DNA of 64,000 bases from a virus. Where the stretch lies: positions 64,001 through 128,000 of the IMG/VR virus record IMGVR_UViG_3300045988_168162. One strand, given 5' to 3'. The notes beneath the pieces were generated by a model. It worked only from the letters and a program-made list of their open reading frames with translations, searched no databases and had not been told where the DNA came from. Made by a program: the position numbers and the translations under genes. Below are positions 8,930-16,669 of this stretch, piece by piece. The stretch's first letter is position 1; each line of letters starts with the position of its first letter.

Positions 8930-9512
8930 CATCACATCCCTGCGCCCTGGAGAACACTTCATGTTCAAAGGCTTCGAGTGGGTATGCCTTGACCCGAATC
9001 ACCCTGACGGCGGCATGCTGGCAATTATGGCAACGCCGTGGGCAAAAGATGTAAAATTCTGCCCAAGTGATAAATTCGTCGAGGAGAAAGGCAACTGGAA
9101 TAACTACCGCACGAGCTTGATTCGTGATATTCTGAATGATTCCCTTGCTAAAAAGATCAGAGCTAACAAGCTCGGAGACAACCTGCTTTTGCATACCGTT
9201 GACCTTGTTGCAGATAATGGCGACCGCGCCTATGGTGCTGTGGCAGACCTCGTTTTCATCCTCACTTGCGACGAGTACCGCAAGTACCGTGACTACATCC
9301 CGCACTACGATAGCTGTACATGGACTGCCACACCTTGGGGTTGCGGGTATGCGTATTACAACGCAGGCGCTGTTCGCCTTGTGAACACGGAAGGCAGGTT
9401 TTGTGAAAGCGGTGCGTACAACAGATATGCGGTCGTCCCAGCTTGTATTCTCAATCCGAAATCGCTCAATCTGCGCCAGAACATGGCATATGTAGAAGAG
9501 GTAGCAGAATGA
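8922..9512 (+). CDS. DUF6273-like protein
   Basis: F.WVCLD..., NWNNYRTSLIRDILNDSL, AVVPACIL pattern recalled from DUF6273-type proteins of Firmicutes. Confidence 0.4.
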   Translation: MTNITSLRPGEHFMFKGFEWVCLDPNHPDGGMLAIMATPWAKDVKFCPSDKFVEEKGNWNNYRTSLIRDILNDSLAKKIRANKLGDNLLLHTVDLVADNGDRAYGAVADLVFILTCDEYRKYRDYIPHYDSCTWTATPWGCGYAYYNAGAVRLVNTEGRFCESGAYNRYAVVPACILNPKSLNLRQNMAYVEEVAE

Positions 9513-9781
9513 GCACCATTTTAAGACATAAATATGTCACGACCAGAAAACCGCATATCTGTTTTGGCTGTGGCCGTGAATTTGAACCGCCCGTAAAAAT
9601 GATTTCTGCCGCAAGCGCGGATGGCGGCACAGTGGAATCATACTACCTGTGTGAGACTTGCGACACGATTGTTTCCCGTATGAGATGGGATGATGAATAC
9701 GGCTTTGGAGAATTGCGCGAAGAAGCGTTAAAAATTGAAACAACGGCAGCTGCAAAAGGATGGGCTCCATATAATGACTAA
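9509..9781 (+). CDS. zinc-ribbon protein
   Basis: CFGCG ... CETC; ATGA overlap. Confidence 0.45.
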   Translation: MSTILRHKYVTTRKPHICFGCGREFEPPVKMISAASADGGTVESYYLCETCDTIVSRMRWDDEYGFGELREEALKIETTAAAKGWAPYND

Positions 9782-9794
9782 CAGAGGATATAAC

Positions 9795-10055
9795 ATGAAC
9801 GACAACCCAGTCAAAGAAATCACACGCCCTTGCATCATGGTCTACAAAGGCTACGGTGTCACACAGATCTGTATGGAATGCGACGAAGAGACCGGCAGAG
9901 CTATCCTTTACGGCAAGCTGGATGGTATTACGGACCTTATTACGTTCCAGGCAGATTCAATGCGCGAGATTGAACAATCATTCCATAATGCTGTTGATGA
10001 CTACCTGGACTTCTGCAAGGAAGTGGGGAAGGAGCCGGAGCGGCCACAGCCGTAA
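9795..10055 (+). CDS. HicB-like antitoxin-fold protein
   Basis: CIMVYKGYGVTQ...ILYGKLDGITDLITFQADSMREIEQSFHNAVDDYLDFCKEVGKEP matches the HicB N-terminal domain pattern; no HicA nearby. Confidence 0.45.
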   Translation: MNDNPVKEITRPCIMVYKGYGVTQICMECDEETGRAILYGKLDGITDLITFQADSMREIEQSFHNAVDDYLDFCKEVGKEPERPQP

Positions 10056-10142
10056 CGTTTACTAAGAGAAGAGGCTTTTCACTTAGCACGGTTGGATATG
10101 TTGCGGCGTTGTTTTTGATAGCAGAGCACGAACTTATAAAAA

Positions 10143-10484
10143 ATGGTGGAGAATAACAATATGTACTATGGGTTAGAGATCACTTGGCGAATGATAAACA
10201 AGACCATAAACAGGCCGAGTAAGGCTGTGCCTCATTGGATTTTCATTAAAGGCTATGACGCAGCGTCGGACAAAGCGTATGCCGAGCTGAACGGATATAA
10301 ATGGGAACCAAGTCCAGACAGATGGGTTTGCTCAAAATGCGGGGCGGCAACTAATGATATTTCTGCTAAGTGCTGCCCGCATTGTAATGTAGAGATGATT
10401 GGTAAGCCTGAAGTTATGTCGGAAACCATTGCAAGATTAAAAAAAGAAGTTCTTGAAGAAATGGAGGCAAAAAATGAGCTTTAA
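10143..10484 (+). CDS. zinc-ribbon protein
   Basis: CSKCG ... CPHC; the start could instead be 10161. Confidence 0.45.
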   Translation: MVENNNMYYGLEITWRMINKTINRPSKAVPHWIFIKGYDAASDKAYAELNGYKWEPSPDRWVCSKCGAATNDISAKCCPHCNVEMIGKPEVMSETIARLKKEVLEEMEAKNEL

Positions 10485-11298
10485 TGATGCCCTTGGTACT
10501 CGTATGAAAGAGTATTACGAGGCCGTTCCCAAAACTAAACTTATGCGACGTATGCCGGTAGCATTGAGAATCGACGGCAAGGCATTCCACACATTTACTC
10601 GTGGCTTTCAAAAACCTTTTGATATGATCCTGATGAAATCTATGTGGGACACCATGCGGTATCTTTGCCGGAATATCCAAGGCTGCGTGTTTGGCTATAC
10701 ACAGTCCGATGAAATCACGCTGATCCTGATTGACTACTAAACGCTTGCCACGGATGCTTGGTTCGATTACGAAGTCCAGAAGCTATGTAGCGTGTCCGCC
10801 AGCATGGCTACCATGGCATTTAATAATTTCTTTTCTGTTTGTGTTGACGATTATGGCAAAGCCAATATTGAAGACTGGTATCTTGGCGGCACAAATCGTG
10901 AGCTATCTGACAATGAACGCTCCGCTTTGAAGTACATAGAATCTTATACCAAATCATTGGCAGACGGCGCTATGTTTGATGCTCGTTGCTTCAATATCCC
11001 AAAAGAAGAAGTCTGCAATCTGATTTACTGGCGTCAGCTTGATGCGACACGCAATTCCATCCAGATGGTGGGACAAGCATATTTCTCACACAAACAGCTG
11101 GAGGGGAAGAAATGCAGTGATATTCAGGACATGCTTATGGAGCAATACAAAATCAATTGGGATAAATATACTACGCCATGTAAGCGCGGCACGGCCTGTA
11201 TTTATAAGGATGGCAAATGGGTCATCGACGCTGATATGCCTGTTCTGAAAGGTGAAGACCGCAAGTATGTTGACCAATACATTTTCGTAGGTGAGTAA
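10474..11298 (+). CDS. Thg1-like protein (tRNA-His guanylyltransferase family, 3'-5' nucleotidyltransferase) interrupted by in-frame TAA at 10738-10740
   Basis: VALRIDGKAFH and GYTQSDEITLIL catalytic carboxylate motifs; the C-terminal half has FDARCFNIP...YWRQLDATRNS. Both ORF-track pieces (10453.. and 10792..) are in the same frame and similarity continues right after the stop. Confidence 0.7.
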
Positions 11299-11300
11299 CG

Positions 11301-11588
11301 ATGACGGAACGTGTACGATTGCGGTTAAAATCGCTGAGCAAAGACCAACTTGTCAAACTGGTGGAGGATTATAAATACGCATTAGATATCATTGGAGAGA
11401 TTTGCGTTGATGAGTCTAAGGGCGCAGACGCGCATAGTCTCTTTACTGATATTCGTTTGCTCCTTAGAGAGTTTGATAGTTATGATTTGAACAGCGACAA
11501 CCTTGTTGCAGAGATTGATTTAAGCATGGGAAAAATAACACCAGAGAAATTCAGAAGTGTTGTCTTAGGAGATGATAACGATGAGTGA
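11301..11588 (+). CDS. hypothetical protein
   Basis: Tightly packed ORF. Confidence 0.45.
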   Translation: MTERVRLRLKSLSKDQLVKLVEDYKYALDIIGEICVDESKGADAHSLFTDIRLLLREFDSYDLNSDNLVAEIDLSMGKITPEKFRSVVLGDDNDE

Positions 11589-12072
11589 ACATTTACTATC
11601 CTATAACGAGCGCCAGAACTGCAAGCTGGCTATGGCATGGTATGAGCGTATAGACGAAACCGTTCACAGCACGCGGCCTGTTGGCGAAACCAACTATGAC
11701 GAAGAATGCCTGAACTCTGTAAATTTCTATTGGCAGATGGCAGATGTGATGCTGCAGGAGCTGATGTTCGCGGCTGAGGATGCCAAGAAACTTGACCCGC
11801 ATTTGCAGATGTACAGTGTACGTAAGGTACATGACGAATGTGTAGAGGACCTAAAGGCGCTCCGGGCAGAGATTGATGATTGGCTGGATGAAAATACTGA
11901 GTCTGTGCCGCAGCAAACCATCAAAGAATTACTTGCCAAATATACACCAGAAGAATTACAACAAATTTTGAGAGAGGAGTTAGCCACTGTTGGAGTCGAT
12001 CCAGATGATGCAAATGCAGTACAAGAAATACTGCAACCAATTAACTGGAACGCCGCATCGGTAACATCATAA
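11581..12072 (+). CDS. acidic hypothetical protein
   Basis: GGAG SD; overlaps the upstream stop. Confidence 0.45.
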   Translation: MSEHLLSYNERQNCKLAMAWYERIDETVHSTRPVGETNYDEECLNSVNFYWQMADVMLQELMFAAEDAKKLDPHLQMYSVRKVHDECVEDLKALRAEIDDWLDENTESVPQQTIKELLAKYTPEELQQILREELATVGVDPDDANAVQEILQPINWNAASVTS

Positions 12073-12077
12073 AAATC

Positions 12078-12974
12078 ATGGAATATATTGAACGCAAAGA
12101 TTACAACAAGGTTATCACCATAAAGCTGGTCATTCCTGGCGGCTGTAATTGTAAATGTCCTTTTTGCTATATGAAGGACTATGATGCGGTTATGGCGAAT
12201 GATTTTCAGGAATTCCATAAACATTATCTTAAATCTCTTATTGACCTCATAGAAAAAATTGGTGACAAAAACCCTATCTCGCTTGATATTACGGGGAATG
12301 AACCAACGCTGAATTTGACGCAGTTTATCACGATTCTTAGAGAGTTGGATGAGGCAGATATAAAAAGCAAAGTGCAGCGAGTTACACTGACGACGAATGG
12401 GTTTAATCTGATGAAAGTGGCCCCTTACCTTAAAGGCGTTGTGGATTATGTGAATATTTCTGTACATGATTATGATTTTGACAGGCGTCAGAGAATCATG
12501 GGGGCGAATACTTTTACGCGAGAGCAGTATTACAGTATGACGCACACGCTCAAGCAGTTGGGTATTACCACTTCTGCTTCGGCCGTGATCTATAAACCGG
12601 TTCCTGATTTTAAAAAGTGGTTTGACGAGTTTGTAAGCTGGTGTGAAGATGCTGGTTTTATTGCACTGAGACTGCGCTGCGATGTGTTTTGGCCGCAAAA
12701 AGAATTGTTTGATGACTACATGCAGCTGGCCATGGACGATAAGGAGTATACCGTTCTTACACATGAGCGTACCTTGGACTCACATTGGTGCCGGTTGCGG
12801 AAGAACGATAAATTCAGAGTCTTCTTTTTGCATGGTGTGCGTGATACATCTATTCTGACAAAGGGGATTGAATATGTAATAGATGAAGATGGCATTGCTT
12901 ACTGCGATTTTTATAAGCGGACAAAAGTCAGTGACTACAAATATGAGATTGGTAAAATCTATGATGCCATTTAA
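12078..12974 (+). CDS. radical SAM domain protein
   Basis: CNCKCPFCY gives C-x3-C-x2-C at 12144-12167; ITGNEPTL (GGEP-like) and TTNG motifs. Confidence 0.7.
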   Translation: MEYIERKDYNKVITIKLVIPGGCNCKCPFCYMKDYDAVMANDFQEFHKHYLKSLIDLIEKIGDKNPISLDITGNEPTLNLTQFITILRELDEADIKSKVQRVTLTTNGFNLMKVAPYLKGVVDYVNISVHDYDFDRRQRIMGANTFTREQYYSMTHTLKQLGITTSASAVIYKPVPDFKKWFDEFVSWCEDAGFIALRLRCDVFWPQKELFDDYMQLAMDDKEYTVLTHERTLDSHWCRLRKNDKFRVFFLHGVRDTSILTKGIEYVIDEDGIAYCDFYKRTKVSDYKYEIGKIYDAI

Positions 12975-12997
12975 CCACGTGGAGGTGGATATGACCT

Positions 12998-13258
12998 ATG
13001 CAAGATAACATATACATTGAACAGTTTGAACCACATGCAGCGGAGATTGCACATAAAACGCATAACAAAATGAAAGCTAAAGAACTGGATTATATATTCG
13101 AGGGTCTTATAGCATCTTTGTGCGAGAATAGGAATCCGGTTGTAAAGCCAGTTACGGTTCATACAAATGCACGTTATGTGTGGTGCGATGACCACTGGGA
13201 GAAAGTAGGGGAGATAGATGGGTTATTCAACTTTTCCGGGTGTTCAAACAATCAATAA
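12998..13258 (+). CDS. hypothetical protein
   Basis: GGAGGTGG SD. Confidence 0.45.
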   Translation: MQDNIYIEQFEPHAAEIAHKTHNKMKAKELDYIFEGLIASLCENRNPVVKPVTVHTNARYVWCDDHWEKVGEIDGLFNFSGCSNNQ

Positions 13259-13289
13259 GTGCAAAAATCCTTAAAGGAGGAGAACTACT

Positions 13290-14399
13290 TTGAAGGTATA
13301 TAAAGGCTACAAGTTCAAACTTGAGCCTACAGAGGAGCAGAAAATCAAAATCAACAAAACGCTCGGCTGCTGCCGCTTTGTGTATAACTCCATGTTGGAT
13401 AGGCGCATAAAAGTCTATACACGGCGCGGTGAGAGTATAAGCTATATTGATACGCAGAATCTACTTCCTAAGATGAAGCAGTATCTACCTTGGCTTGCCG
13501 AAGTGGACAGTCAAGCGCTCAAATATAGCTGTCGTCAATTAGACGACGCTTATAAAGGGTTCTTTAAAAGTAGAAGAGGCTTTCCAAACTTCAAACGTAA
13601 AAGGGGAGAGGAAAGCTACACAACTACCAGCGCAAAGAATATTAAGATTGATGATAAATACATTCAGCTCCCAACGCTCGGAAAAGTGCGCTATCGCAAG
13701 AGCCGCAACATCGAAGGAAAGATTTGCAAGGCAACAATTCGTCGTTCCGCAAGTGGTAAATACTATGTAAGCATTCTTTGCAAAGTAGAAGTAACACCAC
13801 TTCTTGTTAAAGATACCGTCATCGGTTTAGATGTAGGCATCAAATCTTTTGCTGTTGACAGCAATGGTAACGAGCACCCAAATCATAAATATCTTCAAAA
13901 AGCGGAAGCCAAACTAAAGCGTGAACAGAAAAAGCTGTCACGTAAAAAGAAAGGCTCTGCCAACTGGGAAAAGCAGCGCATCAAGGTAGCTCGCTGCTAT
14001 GAAAAAGTTACCAATAAACGAAAAGATACATTGCACAAGTTGTCATCTACACTAGTGAAAGAAAATCAAATCATTTGTGTAGAAGACCTTAACGTTAAGG
14101 GTATGGTTCGTAATCACAACCTCGCAAAGAGTATTTCCGATGCTGCTTGGGGAGAGTTCTTCCGCCAACTTGAATATAAGGCTAATTGGGCAGGAAGAGT
14201 TATCGTTAAAGTGCCGACCTATTATCCAAGCAGCCAGACTTGCTCTTGCTGTGGATATCAAAACAAAGAAGTCAAAAACCTCAATGTGCGGCATTGGGTC
14301 TGCCCTCAATGTGGTATATCGCACGACAGAGATAAAAATGCTGCAGAAAACATTCTGAAAAAAGGAATGGACATGCTGGCTATGTTAGCTGCCTCATAA
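13290..14399 (+). CDS. tnpB: TnpB (IS200/IS605-family OrfB, RNA-guided RuvC nuclease)
   Basis: N-terminus [11 protein letters not shown]...LGCCRFVYN; RuvC residues [31 protein letters not shown]; zinc finger CSCCG...CPQCG. Confidence 0.9.
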   Translation: MKVYKGYKFKLEPTEEQKIKINKTLGCCRFVYNSMLDRRIKVYTRRGESISYIDTQNLLPKMKQYLPWLAEVDSQALKYSCRQLDDAYKGFFKSRRGFPNFKRKRGEESYTTTSAKNIKIDDKYIQLPTLGKVRYRKSRNIEGKICKATIRRSASGKYYVSILCKVEVTPLLVKDTVIGLDVGIKSFAVDSNGNEHPNHKYLQKAEAKLKREQKKLSRKKKGSANWEKQRIKVARCYEKVTNKRKDTLHKLSSTLVKENQIICVEDLNVKGMVRNHNLAKSISDAAWGEFFRQLEYKANWAGRVIVKVPTYYPSSQTCSCCGYQNKEVKNLNVRHWVCPQCGISHDRDKNAAENILKKGMDMLAMLAAS

Positions 14400-14555
14400 C
14401 TACAGGCGAACAGTACGGTCAGGACGACCGAATCTTAAAGTCTGCGGAGAGTGAGCCTCTATCAATGGCTGCGGCCTGCGGTAAGTTTGCTCTGTGAAGC
14501 AGAAATCCATACTTTTTTGCGGGAACGCCCGCAAAAAGTTGGAAGTCCGATGTCA
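13290..14555 (+). mobile_element. tnpB-only IS200/IS605-like element (no Y1 TnpA; left end not recognised)
   Basis: tnpB plus a right-end-like imperfect hairpin; only 31 nt separate it from the upstream ORF. Confidence 0.5.
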
Positions 14556-14570
14556 CCTGATATTGTATTG
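14300..14570 (+). ncRNA. putative omega RNA (reRNA) of TnpB, including the IS right-end hairpin
   Basis: Several stems downstream of tnpB (GGTC..GACC, TGCT..AGCA). Bulged subterminal palindrome CTTTTTTGCGGG-AACG-CCCGCAAAAAG at 14512-14538. Boundaries are approximate. Confidence 0.5.
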
Positions 14571-14721
14571 GGCTGACTGAAATGTGCCGGTTATGGACTT
14601 GGGTTAATTATTTGTATCGAGAGGACGAAACGGATAATTGTCCCACTGTTACTGTCTCGAAGATTAGTATTGCTCCAGACGGAACGATGTCACAAACTTT
14701 TGAAGTTAATGGGGGATCTGT

Positions 14722-14991
14722 ATGACAAGAAAACGATATGTAAAACTGATGATGGCCAGTGGTTGGGATAGAAATACGGCAAATTATATTGGCATTGATC
14801 CATCCAAGTGCCATCCATGTGTTCCACAGGAGCGGAGACTAATTGCCTGGGCTTATAGAGGAAGTTTCCCGTTTAAGAGTTACAAACAAGCTTGGGAAAA
14901 CGACAAAATGCTTGTAGCAATACAGCGAATGTACGATGGCTTGCCGCCGCTAAAAGCTGGCCGTGAAAAGGAGAATGTTGATGAATACTAA
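14722..14991 (+). CDS. hypothetical protein
   Basis: GGGGGA SD-like sequence; ORF. Confidence 0.4.
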   Translation: MTRKRYVKLMMASGWDRNTANYIGIDPSKCHPCVPQERRLIAWAYRGSFPFKSYKQAWENDKMLVAIQRMYDGLPPLKAGREKENVDEY

Positions 14992-15358
14992 AAATGATTT
15001 GATCCTGCGTGGAGATGCGATTGCCGCGCTTGGTGATGCGCCTATGAACTGGACGGATACGCCTGAAGAGATACAGGCTGTGAATGATTGGCAGGCTGCG
15101 ATTGAGGCGCTGGCTTCTATCCCTTGTACGAGTTTCCGGCTATGGGAATTGACCGAGCTGGATATTTGCGAACTGCATGGTGATATTGTTATTGTATCTG
15201 CGCCGGACATCCCGGAACTGAACAATAAAATGGTGCCGTGCCTTGGCAGCCATAAGGACCCGGATGGCCATAAATATGTTGTACTGGATGGGGAAGAATA
15301 CAGTCAGGATTTGATTGCCGGCGGGTTCATTAAGCTATACCGTATGGCCGGAGTGTGA
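14981..15358 (+). CDS. hypothetical protein
   Basis: AAGGAG SD before MNTKND. Confidence 0.45.
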   Translation: MNTKNDLILRGDAIAALGDAPMNWTDTPEEIQAVNDWQAAIEALASIPCTSFRLWELTELDICELHGDIVIVSAPDIPELNNKMVPCLGSHKDPDGHKYVVLDGEEYSQDLIAGGFIKLYRMAGV

Positions 15359-16229
15359 TGGATTGTATTTAGAGAAAAAATATTTCGAGATACATAGGAT
15401 CATTGTGCCACAAGATTTGATTATAAATCCAGTCAATAAAATCGCGCTGCCTGTTTATTTGACCATGTACATAATGGATAACTCTACTGTAAATGACTGT
15501 TATAATTTACCTGTTACATTAAAAAATATATGTGACAGAATAAGAATTTATAAGAATATACAACTGCGGGAAGTACATTATACTGCCGTGGCAGACGCGA
15601 TTCAGTGGCTAATTGATAGAGAGTACATAGTGGTTGATAAATTTGATAGAAAATCTACCGCAAAGTTCTTTTACAAATTTACTGACGACTTGAAGAATGC
15701 CATTAAAAAAGGTGCAGACGGTAAAAAACAGCAGTTTTTATATGTGAGCATTAAAGAGATAAATAAGTTGTTTTCAGCAATATACTCCAATAATAAAAAT
15801 TGGAAATTTTCTACTGATGCACTTATTGTTTATATGTATTTAAAACTTAAAGAAACATCTTGGCAGTATACACAGAGACGTAAACCATTACCAGTATGGG
15901 TTGGCTATTTGGGAAACATGTATGATGTGCTAAATATTTCTTCAAGAAAAGTATCTCTTATTATAACATGGTTAAAATCAGAAAAAATTATACTACCTAT
16001 TTATGGTGCGAAAGAGAAAAGCAGCGGGAATAGGGCAAAAACCATTATTGTTTTTTTGTCGTGCTGCAATGAATGCGACATACGTAAAATTGTCGCGTCT
16101 GCAGAAACGCAGATAAAAGAAAAGGATAAAAATGCGTGTTGGTATCCGGTTGACATTGCCGAAGCAGATGTTGATGTACTTGATGAAACTGCGCTTGATG
16201 TGGTTTGCGACGAGGACGAACTTTACTAA
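15315..16229 (+). CDS. hypothetical protein, AT-rich (start uncertain)
   Basis: Long ORF with lower GC than its neighbours and an acidic C-terminus. Confidence 0.45.
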   Translation: MPAGSLSYTVWPECDGLYLEKKYFEIHRIIVPQDLIINPVNKIALPVYLTMYIMDNSTVNDCYNLPVTLKNICDRIRIYKNIQLREVHYTAVADAIQWLIDREYIVVDKFDRKSTAKFFYKFTDDLKNAIKKGADGKKQQFLYVSIKEINKLFSAIYSNNKNWKFSTDALIVYMYLKLKETSWQYTQRRKPLPVWVGYLGNMYDVLNISSRKVSLIITWLKSEKIILPIYGAKEKSSGNRAKTIIVFLSCCNECDIRKIVASAETQIKEKDKNACWYPVDIAEADVDVLDETALDVVCDEDELY

Positions 16230-16354
16230 GAACTAACGCCCAACAGGGCGAAAATATAAATAGACTGGCCCCGATGGGGCAAGGGGGGGGTGATTTTATC
16301 GGAAATGCAGGAGTCTGGCTTTGAAATCTATGAACAGGGCATAATGGCCCCTGC

Positions 16355-16669
16355 ATGGATTGGCAAAATGTCAGACAGGGAGGTCATTATTTGGAAAAGA
16401 AAAAAATTGAAAATCTGTACTGCTTGATTGAAGCACTGTACGATGTGAAGGATGCCTTTAAGGCAATTGTATTTTTGACTTGCGCTGTATTTATCATTTG
16501 GTATTCCTCGGTAATTGTGAGCCGGGCATTCGCTATTGCTTTGTTTGTGGTATTGCCGCTGCTGATTGGCGTGCTGTGGTTCTGTATCTACAAAGAGGCT
16601 TTTGCGGATGGCGCTCTTTCTATTGAAGAGATTGAGAAAAAAGACGAGGATAACAAGGAGGGACGCTGA
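16355..16669 (+). CDS. membrane protein
   Basis: Two hydrophobic helices; ATGA-type junction with the next gene. Confidence 0.45.
   Translation: MDWQNVRQGGHYLEKKKIENLYCLIEALYDVKDAFKAIVFLTCAVFIIWYSSVIVSRAFAIALFVVLPLLIGVLWFCIYKEAFADGALSIEEIEKKDEDNKEGR

Noticed and set aside
10738-10740. Genome-wide stop-codon reassignment (TAA or TAG read as sense)
   Set aside because: TAA, TAG and TGA all terminate well-defined genes that are followed at once by an SD and start codon or by terminators (for example integrase, tnpB and the capsid gene). Only one gene carries an internal stop, so a global alternative code is not supported.
16284-16291. G8 tract after a GCCCC/GGGGC hairpin, considered as a fourth phase-variable leader
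   Set aside because: There is no mini-ORF, no similarity to the three leaders, and no cassette-type gene downstream. It is probably just part of an intergenic hairpin region.
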